Shown here: positions 1-13,000 of the stretch, piece by piece | Numbering within the stretch: the stretch's first letter is position 1 | Layout: every line of letters starts with the position of its first letter | Assembly: GCF_963921235.1 (NCBI RefSeq) | Contig: NC_086097.1 | Coordinates: forward strand, 240,438,001-240,502,000 | From: Mobula hypostoma | Taxonomy: Eukaryota | Length of the DNA: 64,000 nt | Direction: 5' to 3' | Translations under genes and position numbers: made by a program | Notes under the pieces: model-generated | The model's database searches: none | Seen by the model: the letters and a program-made list of their open reading frames with translations, nothing else | What the model was told of the DNA's origin: nothing

Positions 1-195
1 CTGAGTGCTCAGGTTTCCTCCCATATTCCAAAGCCACACGGTTAAGGTTAGTGAGTACGGGGCATGCTATGTTGGTGCTGGAAGCATGGCAACACCTCAG
101 GCTGCCCAGCACAATCCTTGTTGGTTTGATTTATTGCAAATGATGCATTTTACTGTATGCTTCCATGTACATGTGACAAATAAAGCTTATCTTAA
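1..195 (+). mobile_element. 3' part of a tRNA-derived V-type SINE
   Basis: 'gtgctcaggtttcctcccatattccaaag' core and 'gcaaatgatgcattttactgtatg...catgtgacaaataaagc' tail resemble the fuller copy at 40636-40955. Confidence 0.5.
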
Positions 196-387
196 TCCCT
201 GCTAGCCAAGTGAAGCTTCCTTCCCTTAAATAGTATGTCTGGTCCTGTCAAAATCTGAATATTTAAAATCACACCCCCTCTCATTTTTCTAAACTCCAAT
301 GAATACAGACTTCGTCATTGTGATCTCACTTCATGCCGCAGTACTGTTATCAGTGGAATCTGGAGAACCTTTGAACCATGGTAAGTA

Positions 388-660
388 TACACACAGTGGC
401 CACCTAATTAGGTATCTCCTGTATCTAATGAAGTGGCCATAGAGTGTATGTTCATAGTCTTCTGCTGCTGTAGCCCATATACTTCAAAGATTGACGTGTT
501 GTGTGTTCAGAGATGCTCTTCTACACACCACTGTTGAAACATGTGGTTATTTGAGTTACTGTCACCTTCCTGTCATCTTGAACCAGTCTGGCCGTTCTCC
601 TGTGACTTCTCCCGTTAACAAAGCATGTTCACCCACAGAGCTGCTTCTCACCGGATTTTT
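388..660. mobile_element. Tc1/mariner-like DNA transposon remnant
   Basis: TA-bounded inverted pair 'tacacacagtggccac...' / '...gtggccatagagtgta' (388-449), followed by Tc1-like internal sequence. Family call is from recognition only. Confidence 0.45.
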
Positions 661-2444
661 TTTGGCTTCAGATTTAGAAATATTACATTCAGTTCTTTCA
701 TCAAAAAACATTGGCATGTATTGTGAAGTGCTGGGTCAAAGCACCAATTCCTGTGATATCCAACTTGTGTCACACCGACCTCCTGTGAAAAATGCATTTA
801 GTTATGATCTGTTTCTTATACGCCAGCTAATTTTCAACCCATGCCCATAGATGACCAGACAATGTGCCTAAGTCAATTGACTCACAGATTTAAAGGTAAA
901 GAGTGGTATTTACCTTTGATTTAGTAGTTTTTTTTAACTGTTGACTGCTCTTTATAGTACATTGTTTGATATTTAGAAATTTTTCATTCCATTATTTTTG
1001 AAACCATCTTCATTTTGCAGAATATTTTTACATGTCTAAGACTTTTGCTCTGTACTGTAGACTGCTAACCCTTAAGACATTTATTGGCTTAACTTTACAT
1101 TATCAGTGCAGAGAAACAAAGTTTAAATATGAAGTTTACAAGTTTAACTATGAAAGTCACATGGTGCAGGTATTAATACATTAGAAACAAATGCCTTTAG
1201 TGGTACCTTTCCAAAAGGGTCAGCAACCTGGCCAAGACTCCATGTAAGTCATTCCATCTGGTCAGTCTGACTAATGCTGGCGGTTCTGAATAACATTTGC
1301 CCCGTTAAGCAGGAACCTACTGCTGGAGCTGAGAATCCCCAGCTGATGAAATTGTCTCTCAGAGCCTGCTCTTTGGCCTGTGCTGGAACAGGAATCTAGA
1401 CACCACCAATTCAAAAGGGAAGACTGAAGGGAATGGGTTAATTACCTTGCTTTCATGTGATTGTTGAACTTTTTTTTAATGTTTCTATTTTACCTTTCCT
1501 TGGCAATTTTTTCAACTACTTCCTTCAATTTTAAATTATCAATCAAATTCTCTGCCCAGAGAAGCAGTAGAAGCATATAACATTCAAACAACCAAGACAA
1601 GATTTTCTTTCATTTTAACAACTTTACTTTTTCTGTTCATGCTTAGTACACTAGGCTGCCATTTCTTACCCAACCAGTCTCGTGTGCATGTCCATAACAG
1701 GAAAAGTGCACATGCCCATAATAGGGAAAGTGTGAATTCCAACTAAGTGCTTGGATAGCCCAAATGAATAGAACTCAGCAGAAGTTACCTCATTAAATAT
1801 ATTTCTAGGATAGTTATTAGAAGTTGAATAGCACGGGTTAACACAGGTCAATGTATATAACAAGCTTATTAGAGACATTTGGTAGTAGTAGTGTGATAAT
1901 TCAAGTTGAGTTTGATGCTCTCCAAAGGGGTTGTCTGCTGGTGTGTCCGAAGGAGTCTGCAGAGTCCACTCTGTAATCCACATATTCAGGATGTTTGGCT
2001 AGATCCCCTGAATGGAGAATGCCCATTTAAGGTTGGTAAGCTGATGCACAAGAAGCCATCACATGGTCCTTGACAGATCAGGTCAGGAACCAGTGGCACG
2101 GAATGCAAAATGACTGTGGATCTTCACTGCTGTGGCCACCTTCCACCTTCACTGCTGTTGTGATGTGTAATCATCTTCTGCCAACTCTGTCGTTGAGGTC
2201 TCAATTGGATCACTCTTTGTCTGGAACCTCCCCATTGACCGTACCACTAAGGATGATCCTACCAGGAGCTAACACCAGATGGCTAAATTTCAAATGACAT
2301 TGTTCTCAGGAATTCACAAACCTCTCCACCATGACAAGGTAATAGTCCTCTACGAAGCAGATGTTTACAACCAGGACTGGAGACTTGACAATGGGACAAC
2401 ACCAGATTGGCAGTACTACTTGAACCATGGTCATTCACATATAG

Positions 2445-2737
2445 GCATCCGTTAGTCTCAAGAGACCATGGATTTGCGCCTTGGAAGGTTTCCAGAGCGC
2501 AGGCCTGGGCAAGGTTGTATGGAAGACCAGCAGTTGCCCATGCTGCAAGTCTCCCCTCTCCATGCCACCGATGTTATCCAAGGGAAGGGCACTAGGGCCC
2601 ATACAGCTTGGCATCGGTGTCGTCACAGAGCAATGGGTGGTCAAGTGCCTTGCTCAAGCAGACAACACACTGCCTCAGCCAAGGCTCGAACTAGCGACCT
2701 TCAGATCACTAGACGAACGCCTTAACCACTTAGCCAA
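2445..2737 (-). mobile_element. tRNA-derived CORE-type SINE with RTE-like 3' tail
   Basis: Minus strand begins tggctaagtggttaagg (A box) ... agttcgagcc (B box), then 'tgagcaaggcacttgacc' (CORE-like), and ends 'ggcgcaaatccatggtctcttgagactaacggatgcc'. Confidence 0.55.
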
Positions 2738-3229
2738 TAATTGGACATTAGGGAGGTGATAAGATGCTGATATGCAAGTGTTCTGCTGAATCTATAGTAA
2801 GATGATTTGGTGAGGGAGAATGGATACATAACCATATACAATGCAATACGTGTCTCTCCTTTCCTCTGTGTTTTAAAGTGTGCTTACACTGTGAAAAGGC
2901 TGGCCCCTCTTGGAGCTCCTAATCGGAAGTACACAGCATAGGTTTATTGTCAAGGTACATATATGTCAGCATGTACAATCCTGGGATTCATTTTCTTCTG
3001 GACATACACAGTAAATAAATGACTAGAGCAGAGTCAGTGAAAGACCACACCAACGGGACAGACAGGCAGTGTGCAGAGGACAACAAATGACGCAAATATA
3101 AAAGCAAGAGAAAAATAAGACGAGGCAACAAGCGTGCCTTAGACACTTTGGAAATGTAAAATAGTGGTTAATGATGACTGTAAAGATTACAGAAAAATAT
3201 ACAATGCAGCACAGGTAATAATAGACACA

Positions 3230-3410
3230 AGAGATGCTGCAGAAGATGGAAATCCAGAGTAACACAAACAAAATACAGCAAGAATTCAGCAGGTCAAGCA
3301 GCAATTACGGGGGATGGGGGGTGGTAGGGGAATAAACAGATGATGTTTCAGTCTGAGACACTTCTTCAGGATTGGAAAGGAAGAGGGAAGCAGCAAGAAT
3401 AATTCAGAAC
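3230..3410 (-). mobile_element. Degenerate Penelope pLTR remnant
   Basis: Reverse complement contains 'atcctgaagaagtgtctcagactgaaacatc' (decayed hammerhead) and '...ggatttccatcttctgcagcatctcttg', like the 3' ends of the Penelope copies. Confidence 0.5.
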
Positions 3411-3621
3411 AGGAAAAGGTCCTTAGGTCATGATGTCTGCACAAAACACAATACCAAATTAAACTGCTGCCACCATCAGGAAGAAGTTACTGGAGCCTCA
3501 AGATTCACACCACCAGGTTCAGGAACAGTTATTACCCCTCAACCATCAGACTCTTGAACCAGAGGGGACAACCTTACTCGAATTCAATTGTCTCATCACT
3601 GAAATGTTCCCACAACTTACA

Positions 3622-4399
3622 TGAGGATGAGGATTTTCATTCTAGGACGAGGGAGATGTCTTCATTTTTTAAAGAAAGGGGCTTCCCTTCCTCCACTATC
3701 AACTCTGCTCTTAAACGCATCTCCCCCATTTCACGTACATCTGCTCTCACTCCATCCTCCCACCACCCAACTAGGAATAGGGTTCCCCTGGTCCTCACCT
3801 ACCACCCCACCAGCCTCCGGGTCCAACATATTATTCTCCGTAACTTCCGCCACCTCCAACGGGATCCCACCACTAAGCACATCTTTCCCTCCCCCCCTCT
3901 CTCTGCATTCCGCAGGGATCGCTCCCTACACAACTCCCTTGTCCATTCGTCCCCCCCATCCCTCCCCACTGATCTCCCTCCTGGCACTTATCCGTGTAAG
4001 CGGAACAAGTGCTACACATGCCCTTACACTTCCTCCCTTACCACCATTCAGGGCCCCAAACAGTCCTTCCAGGTGAGGCATCACTTCACCTGTGAGTCGA
4101 CTGGGGTGATATACTGCGTCCGGTGCTCCCGATGTGGCCTTTTATATATTGGTGAGAACCGACGCAGACTGGGAGACCGCTTTGCTGAACATCCACGCTC
4201 TGTCCGCCAGAGAAAGCAGGATCTCCCAGTGGCCACACATTTTAATTCCACATCCCATTCCCATTCTGACATGTCTATCCACGGCCTCCTCTACTGTAGA
4301 GATGAAGCCACACTCAGGTTGGAGGAACAACACCTTACATTCCGTCTGGGTAGCCTCCAACCTGATGGCATGAACATTGACTTCTCTAACTTCCGCTAG
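3622..4399 (+). pseudogene. Penelope ORF C-terminus: end of RT/linker, Cys motif and GIY-YIG endonuclease
   Basis: CKRNKCYTC, then FTCESTGVIYCVRCSRCGLLYIGENRRRLGDRFAEH ... EQHLTFRLGSLQPDGMN. The ORF-track start at 3554 lies in flanking DNA. Confidence 0.85.
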
Positions 4400-4691
4400 G
4401 CCCCACCTCCCCCTCGTACCCCATCTGTTACTCATTTTTATGCACACATTCTTTCTCTCACTCTCCTTTTTCTCCCTCTGTCCCTCTGAATATACCTCTT
4501 GCCCATCCTCTGGGTCACCCCCCCCCGTCTTTCTTCCCGGACCTCCTGTCCCATGATCCTCTCGTATCCCCTTTTGCCTATCACCTGTCCAGCTCTCGGC
4601 TCTATCCCTCCCCCTCCTGTCTTCTCCTATCATTTTGCATCTCCCCCTCCCCCTCCAGCTTTCAAATCCCTTACTCACTCTTCCTTCAGTT

Positions 4692-4727
4692 AGTCCTGAC
4701 GAAGGGTCTCGGCCTGAAATGTCGACT
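4692..4727 (+). ncRNA. Minimal type I hammerhead ribozyme motif (stem III variant ATGT)
   Basis: agtc-CTGACGA-agg gtctcgg cct-GAAA-t-GTC-gact. Confidence 0.7.
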
Positions 4728-5369
4728 GCGCCTCTTCCTATAGATGCTGCTTGGCCTGCTGCGTTCACCAGCAACTTTGATGTGTGTTGCTTGAATTTCC
4801 AGCATCTGCAGAATTCCTGTTGTCCACAACTTACAAACTCACTTTTAAGGATCCTTCTTCTCACGTTCTCAACATTTATTGTTTATTTATTGTGAGGAGT
4901 GGCGCCCCACACAGACTTCCAATCTGCGCCTTGTAAGGCATGAAAATGCCCAACGGAGGCCTCTCATGGTCTGAGTCGAAGCTCCCCAGCACCCCCCCCC
5001 CACATTTATTGCTATTATTTCTTTCGTATTTGCACAGCTTGTTGTCTTTTGTACACTGGTTCAAGGTAAAATTCATTATTAAAGTACATCCATATCTCCA
5101 TATACTACCTGGAGATTCACTTCCTTGCAAGCTTTCATAGTAGCACAAAGGAATCAATGAAAGACTACATACAAACAAAGATGGACAAGCAACCGAAGAC
5201 CAATTGTGCAAGTACAGAAAAGTAATAAATAAATAGGTAATGAATAATATTGAGAATATGAGTAGTAGAGTACTTAAAAGTAAGTCCGTGGGTTGTGGAA
5301 TTAGTTCAGTACTGAGAAGAGTGAATTTAACCACTTTAGATCAGGAGCCTGAGGGTTAAGCGTTTTAAG

Positions 5370-7650
5370 ACGATAAGAACATAAGGTATAGGAGCAGAAT
5401 TAGGCCCATCGATTCTGCTCTGCCATTTCATCATGGCTGATCCACTTCCCTTTGAGCTCCAATTCCCTGCATTCTCCCGTATCCCTTCATGCCCTGACTA
5501 ATCAAGAATCTATCAACCTCTACCTTAGATATAGCCAGTGACTTGGTCTCCACAGTCACCTGTGGCAATGAATTCCACAGATTCACCACTCTCTAGCTAA
5601 AGACATTCCTTCTCATATCTGTTCTAAATGGATGTCCCTCTATTCTGAGGCTGCGTCCTCTGGTCTTAGCCTCCCGTACCACAGGAAACATTATCGCCGC
5701 ATCCACTCTAACAAGGACTTGCAACATTCAATAAGATTCAATGAGATCTTCCCCCTCCCCCTCATTTTTCTGAATTCCATTGGGTAGAGTCCCAGAGTCA
5801 TTAAGCTCTTTCAATAATAAGTCTTTCATAGAACATAGAACATAGAATAGTACAGCACAGTACAGGCCCTTCGGCCCACAATGTTGTGCCGACCCTCAAA
5901 CCCTGCCTCCCATATAAGCCCCCAACTTAGATTCCTCCATATACCTGTCTAGTAGTCTCTTAAACTTCACTAGTGTATCTGCCTCCTCCACTGACTCAGG
6001 CAGTGCATTCCACGCACCAACCACTCTCTGAGTAAAAAACCTTCCTCTAATATCCCCCTTGAACTTCCCACCCCTTACCTTAAAGCCATGTCCTCTTGTA
6101 TTGAGCAGTGGTGCCCTGGGGAAGAGGCGCTGGCTATCCACTCTATCTATTCCTCTTATTATCTTGTACACCTCTATCATGTCTCCTCTCATCCTCCTTC
6201 TCTCCAAAGAGTAAAGCCCTAGCTCCCTTAATCTCTGATCATAATGCATACTTTCTAAACCAGACAGCGTCCTGGTAAATCTCCTCTGTACCCTTTCCAA
6301 TGCTTCCACATCCTTCCTTGAGGTGACCAGAACTGGACATAATACTCCAAGTGTGGCCTAACCAGAGTTTTATAGAGCTGCATCATTACATCGCGATTCT
6401 TAAACTCTATCCCTCGACTTATGAAAGCTAACATCCCATAAGCTTTCTTAACTACCCTATCCACCTGTGAGGCAACTTTCAGGGATCTGTGGACATGTAC
6501 CCCGAGATCCCTCTGCTCCTCTACACTACCAAGTATCCTGTCATTTACTTTGTACTCTGCCTTGGAGTTTGTCCTTCCAAAGTGCATCACCTCACACTTC
6601 TCCGGGTTGAACTCCATCTGCCACTTCTCAGCCCACTTCTGCATCCTATCAATGTCTCTCTGCAATCTTTGACAATCCTCTACACTATCTACAGCACCAC
6701 CAACCTTTGTGTCGTCTGCAAACTTGTCAACCCACCCTTCTACCCCCACATCCAGGTCATTAATAAAAATCACAAAAAGTAGAGGTCCCAGATCAGATCC
6801 TTGTGGGACACCACTAGTAACAATCCTCCAACGTGAATGTACTCCCTCCACCACCACCCTCTGCCTTCTTCAGGCAAGCCAATTCTGAATCCACCTGGCT
6901 AAACTTCCCTGGATCCCATGCCTTCTAACTTTCTGAATAAGCCTATCGTGTGGAACCTTGTCAAATTCCTGGAATCATTTTCATGAACCTCCTTTGAATC
7001 CTTTCCAACGTCAGCACATCCTTTCTTTGATAAGGGGCCCAAAACTGTTCACAATACTACAAGTGAGGCCTCACCAGTGTCTTATAAAGGCTCAACATTT
7101 CATCCTTGCTTATATATTCTAGTCCTCTTGAAATCAGAATCAGAATCAGGTTTATTATCACCGGCATGTGACATGAAATGCTAAATTTCATTTTCCTTCC
7201 TCACCACCAACTCAACCTGCAAATTAACCCGTCGGGAATCCTGCATGAGGACTCCCAGATCCCTTTGTTCCTCAGATTTTCAAGTATTCAATCCATTCAG
7301 GAAATAGTCTACACTTTTACTCCTTCTACCAAAGTGTATGACCGTACACTTCCTGACACTGTATTCCATCTGCCACTTCTTTGTCCATTCTCCAAATTTG
7401 TCTGAGTCCTTCTGCAGCCTCTCTGCTTCCTCAACATGACCTACCTCTCCACCTATCTTCGTATCATCTGCAAACTTGACCACCAGCCATCAATTCTGCC
7501 ATCCGAATCATTGACATATAACATAAAAAGAAGCAGTCTCGACACAGACATCTGTGGTACTCTGCTAGACACTGGCAGTGAACCAGAAAAGGCTTCCCTT
7601 ATCCCTACTCTTTGCCTCCTGCCAGTTAGTCAATGCTGTACCCATGCTAG
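5370..7650 (-). mobile_element. Older CR1 LINE 3' part, interrupted at about 5829-6964
   Basis: KFADDTKIGG...KWQMEY in ORF 7280-7483. The 3' end with tail lies near 5370, and 'ataagtctttca|ttcctggaatcattttcatgaacc' rejoins across the insert. Confidence 0.75.
5829..6964 (-). mobile_element. CR1 LINE, 5'-truncated (RT C-terminal half)
   Basis: SGVPQGSDLGPLLFVIFINDLD...KFADDTK...RPHLEY...ERVQRRFTR, with a (catagaa)n tail at 5827-5850. Confidence 0.9.
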
Positions 7651-8949
7651 TATCTGATGGTGTGGGACTTGAGGCTCCTGTATCTCCTTGCCAATGGCAG
7701 TGGTGAGAAGGAATATCGTGTGGACGGTGGGGGTCGTTATGACAGATGCTTCTTCCTTTTGACAGCGCTTCTTATAGATGTGCTCAATGGTGGAGTGGGT
7801 TTTTCCTTTAATGGACTGGGATAACATGGACTCATGTTAATTTTGTATTAATGTGGGGTAATGTTAAGCTTTGGAATGCCTGACATGAGAGGTGTCCCTA
7901 GGAGAACATCATACTCAACGCAAACAATTGCTGTACAATACTGTGTACAGTATTACAACTATAATGAGAATGACAGTCGTGGACATAGATTTACACATAC
8001 AGAAGGAAATTTTGTTCAGTTAAAGCTGTCAAATCTCATTCAAGGCATGCCCGCTTCTCATTACTACTATCAGGGACAAGTACACAAAGTAATTCCCACA
8101 GACAAGGCAGCTGGAAAAGGCAAAGCATATTTTTATTTACTCCTGTTTTAAACATTGTACAGAATATTAGGTAAAGACTGGAGCCTGCTCTTTAGATTAG
8201 GGCAAAGATGAATTAGCAGAAATAAACTTAAGGGAAAAAAAATCAAAATCCGTTATATTTTGAATTAATGTGAGGGAATTGTAACAGTAACATTGTTATA
8301 AGACCCAGGAAATACAATAAAGTATAATATCTTTGACATTTTTAAAGTCCCAAATAAATTATTAAATGAATCATTGCCCTTTACAGCTTCCCCCTGTTCA
8401 CTGGGATATTGCTCCTCCAATCTAGGGCATTACACTTTGGAGAGAAAGAGGGTCAGTGGTGTCTTGATAAAGGTGCACAAGATAATAAGAGCCTAAAGGC
8501 CATAGGAGAAGAATTAGGCCATTTGGCCTATCAAGTCTGCAATGCCATTCCATCATGACGGATTTATTATTCAACCCTCAAATCCACAGATCGAGTGGAC
8601 AGTCAGAGACTCTTACCCAGGGGAGAACTGGCTAATATGAGGGGATTTGAGGAAAGTACAGGGGGAATGTCAGAGACAAGTTTTTTTTTACACACAGAGA
8701 GTGATAGGTTTAGTTCCAGAACAAAACGAGAAGTCCAGATATAACTTACGGAAGTCTATTTTAAGAGTGGAAAAAAAAGCAATTCTGATTGAGGTTAGAT
8801 ATGAAATCAGATGCATATCAGCTAGCCATTACTACCTGTAAAAAGAAAACCTAACATCTTGAATGACAGTGATATTCATGTCCAGGTGTGATTTACATCT
8901 TTTATACAGCTTTGAAAGGGGGGGAAAAACTACATTTATGCAAATCCCT

Positions 8950-11035
8950 GCAGCATCTGGTGATCTCCATCTTGGAGACTGATGTCAGATCATCTTTCAA
9001 GAGGGGGAACCTTTGCATGGCGCCAGGCCCTGATGGTGTACCAGGTAGAGGCACTGAAACCTGTGCCAACCAACTGATGGGAGTGTTCAAGGACACTTTC
9101 AATCTCTCACTGCTACAGATGGAAGTTCCCATCTTCTTCAAAAAGGTAACAATCATACTAGTGCCCAAGAACTGTACAGTTCTGGTCACCGAATTATAGG
9201 AAAGATGTCAATAAAATTGAGAGAGTACAGAGGAGATTTATTAAAATGTTGCCTGGGTTTCATCTCCTAAGTTACAGAGAAAGGTTGAACAAGTTGGGTC
9301 TTTATTCTTTGGACCGTAGAAGGTTGAGGGGGACTTGATAGAGGTGTTTAAAATTATGAGGGGAATTGATAGAGTTGATGTGGATAGGCTTTTTCCATTG
9401 AGAGTGGGGGAGATACAAACAAGAGGACACGAGTTGAGAGTTAAAGGGCAAAAGTTTAGGGGTAGCATGAGGGGGAACTTCTTTACTCAGAGAGTGGTAG
9501 CTGTGTGGAACGAGCTTCCAGCAGAAGTGGTTGAGGCAGGTTTGATGTTGTCATTTAAAGTTAATTTGGACAGCTATATGGACAGGAAAGGAATGGAGGG
9601 TTATGGGCTGAGTGCAGGTCGGTGGGACTGGGTGAGAGTAAGAGTTTGGCACGGATTAGAAGGGCCGAGATGGCCTGTTTCTGAGCTGTAATTGTTATAT
9701 GGTTATATGTTATATGGTTATAAGAAGAGCGGGGTGAGCTGCCTCAATGATTATCACCTAGTGGCACTCACATCTACTGTGGTGAATTTATGACTAGAAT
9801 CAACTCTTGTCTAAGCAAAAACCTGAACCTGTTGCATTTTACCTATCACCACTAAAGATTTACACTGCATGTAATCTCACTGGCTCTCCACTCAGCTTTG
9901 AATCACCTGGACAACAGTAATACTTACATCAGGCTGCTGTTTATTGACTGTAGCTCAGTGTTCAACACGATTATGCCCTCATTTCTAATTTTAAAAATCT
10001 CCAAAGTGTCTCTACCTCCCTCTGCACCTGGAATTTGCCTTGCACACTGGGAGACCACTAGCGTGTGCAGATCAGAAATAATATCGCCTCCTTGCTAACA
10101 ATCAACACTAGTGTACTTCAAGGATATGCACTTGCCCCACTGTCCTGCTCTCTCTACACCCACAATCATGTGGCTAGGCACAGCTCAAACGTCATCCATG
10201 AATTTGCCAATGACACAAATATTGTTAGCAGAATTTCAGATGGCGACAGGGAAGCATACAGGAGTGAGATAAATCAGCTGGTTGAGTGATATTGCAACAA
10301 AAGCCTTGCATTCAACGTCAATAAGACAAAGGAATTAATTGTAGACTTTAGGAAGGGGAAGTTGAGGGAACACACTCCAGTCCTCATCGATGGAATTAGA
10401 TGTGGAAAGGGTGAGCCCTTTCAAGTTCCTGGGTTTCAACATCTCTGAGGATCTATACTGGGCCCAACATATTGATGCAATTACAAAGAAGGCTTAACAG
10501 CAGCTATAAATCATTACGAGTTTGAGGAGAATTGCTGTGTCACCAAATACACTCGCAGAGTATACAGATGTACCATGGAGAGCATTCTAACTGGTGGCAT
10601 CACCGCCTGGCATGGAGGGGCCACTGCACAGGATCGGAAAAAGCTGCAGGAAGTGGCTAGTTTTATCATAGACACTAGCTTCCCAGCACCGAGGACATCT
10701 TCAAAAGGCGGCGCTTCAAAAAAGTGGCACTTATTAGGGATCGCCCAGGATATGCCCTCTTCTCATTGCTACAATCAAGAAGGAAGTACAGGAGCCTCAC
10801 ACTTAACGTTTCAGGATTAGCTCCTTCCTATCTGCCATCCGATTCCTGAATGGACAATGAACCCGTGAACACTCCCTCTGTATTTTCTTCCTCTCTTTTT
10901 ACACTGCTTTTTTAACTTATTTTTATATATACTTCTTACAGTAATGTAGCATTTTATTACTATGCATTGCAATGTACTGTTGCTGCAAAACAACAGATCT
11001 GTCAGTGATATTAAACCTGGTTCTGGTTCTGATTC
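8950..11035 (+). mobile_element. Degenerate Rex1/Babar-type LINE (RT region to 3' tail)
   Basis: APGPDGVPGR, HLDNSNTYIRLLFIDCSSVFNTI, EFANDT, ESILTGGITAWHG, and a tail 'attaaacctggttctggttctgattctg'. Many stops. Confidence 0.75.
9172..9721 (+). mobile_element. CR1 3' fragment nested in the Rex element
   Basis: IEVFKIMRGIDRVD...FFTQRVVAVWNELP, (ggttatat)-type tail, and AAGAA duplicated at 9167-9171 and 9722-9726. Confidence 0.85.
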
Positions 11036-11394
11036 TGGGTGTGTGGAGCGCACTGTCAGAGGTGGTACATTAGTACATATAGTATAGATAGAGTACATTA
11101 GGGACATTTAAAAGACTTTTAGGTAGGCAGGAGGATGAAAGAAAAATGGAGGATTGTGTGGGATAGAAGGGTTAGATCCACGGAGATTTTGACACCCAGG
11201 AACTTGAAACTGCTCACCTTTTCCACATCTGTTTCAATCGATGAGGACTGGTGTGTGTTCCCTCAACCTCCCCTTCCTAAAGTCCACAATCAATTCCTTG
11301 CTCTTATTGACATTGAGTGCAAGGCTGTGTGGGGGGGCGGGGGGGTTAGAATGATGTAATGGGCTGGCTTGATCAGACACAAAAGATCCAAATA

Positions 11395-11897
11395 TAAATA
11401 AGGTTGAAAGAGTGCAGAGAAGGTTTACAAGGATGTTGCCGGGACTTGAGAAACTCAGTTACAGAGAAAGGTTGAATAGGTTAGGACTTTATTCCCTGGA
11501 GCATAGAAGAATGAGGGGAGATTTGATAGAGGTATATAAAATTATGATGGGTATAGATAGAGTGAATGCAAGCAGGCTTTTTCCACTGAGACAAGGGGAG
11601 AAAAAAACCAGAGGACATGTGTTAAGGGTGAGGGGGGAAAAGTTTAAAGGGAACATTAGTGGGGGCTTCTTCACACAGAGAGTGGTGGGAGTATGGAATG
11701 AGCTGCCAGACGAGGTGGTAAATGCGGGTTCTTTTTTAACATTTAAGAATAAATTGGACAGATACATGGATGGGAGGTGTATGGAGGGATATGGTCCGTG
11801 TGCAGGTCAGTGGGACTAGGCAGAAAATGGTTCGGCACAGCCAAGAAGGGCCAAAGGGCCTGTTTCTGTGCTGTAGTTTCTATGGTTCTATGGTTCA
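11395..11897 (+). mobile_element. CR1 3' fragment
   Basis: QRRFTRMLPGL...RGDLIEVYKIM...FFTQRVVGVWNELP, with a (ttctatgg)n tail. Confidence 0.85.
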
Positions 11898-13000
11898 AAC
11901 AGAGACGTACAAAACTATTGGATCTTAGCATGGCTTCTTTCATTCAAATGACACGTGTTCATCGACAGACACCCTGATGACACTGTGCCGAAGGCCAGAA
12001 AGAATCAAGCCACTATTAGCAAACATTTAAGCAACCTACAGTGTTTAACTTGTACAGATGCCTTACATACTGTGAGCTCAGAGTTAAAGCATCACTTGGA
12101 ATTGTTCCGACTTCCATCTAGTACTTATACAAAATTTAATACGCCAGAACACAATTGATCTAAGAGTAGGTTAAAAGGTTGGCACAACATCACAGGTCGA
12201 AGGGCCTGTGGTGTTCCATATTCTATCCTATGTTTATCTGCCACACTCTCATCAGGTTTCCACTCCATCATGAGAAGATTTGAGTCTCCCTCTCCTTCAC
12301 TTCTGCAAGTGTGAATGCTGTGCTCTTACTCTGCTATTTGCAGCAGGCTTGCTTTGCCTTGCATCCGGCCTGCTTAGCAGGTGCTTTTATTTAAAATTTG
12401 TACTGTATCTTGCTTGTGAATTCAGCTAGGAATAAAAAGCTGGAATTTAAGATTCTTAATTCCGAGTGCCTCACAACACCAAACAATAGAAAAATAAACG
12501 AATATACTTTAGAAATGATGTAAATCTGATTCAGGAAGGCCTTGGTCCCCATGGTCCAGTAGCACATAAGATTGTGCAATGAACTAGAACTCTCTGTAAT
12601 CTAGCTTGTCGCTGAGTGGTTTGTGCATGGTGAACGTCTCAGAATTCTTGAGAGAGAGTATGATAACTCGTGTTGAGTTGAGGGTCAGCACAACATTGTG
12701 GGCCGAAGGGCCTGTAATGTGCTGTACTATTCTATGTTCTACGTTCTATAATGTTTTCCTAAGGACATGAACCATTAAATGAGGGATCTACAGACTTTAA
12801 GGAGTTGTCTGTTAGTGGTGTTGTTTCTTCAATATTTCAATAATATTTGAGTAATCTTGTATATATATTGTTTGACAAAGTATTCTTGTTTGTTTAACTA
12901 ATTAATTACTGGTTATATGTAAAAATACATTAGTTGCATACAGAATCACACTATCACGTGATACTTGCGCTCTTTGCTTAAAGTAAACTCAAATTACACT

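Larger units (their letters stand above)
3622..4823 (+). mobile_element. Penelope-like retroelement (Neptune-type), 5'-truncated
   Basis: GIY-YIG ORF plus a pyrimidine-rich 3' pLTR region. 12-bp TSD CCACAACTTACA at 3610-3621 and 4824-4835. Confidence 0.9.
3470..5060 (+). mobile_element. Rex/Babar-type LINE 3' fragment, split by the Penelope insertion and by a small insertion at 4893-5003
   Basis: 'catcaggaagaagttactggagcctc...caggttcaggaacagttattacccctcaaccatcagactcttgaac' matches the 3' ends at 10765-10860 and 17370-17480. The sequence resumes after 4835. Confidence 0.55.

Noticed and set aside
1021..1169. AG...GT-bounded open frame (YFYMSKTF...SHMVQ)
   Set aside because: Weak donor (GTATTA) and unrecognisable peptide; compatible with chance.
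1666..1983. 105-aa minus-strand ORF ending at a GTAAG donor-like site
   Set aside because: No recognisable protein. The FPIMGMCT/FPVMDMHT periodicity comes from a degenerate 24-bp tandem duplication at about 1682-1735.
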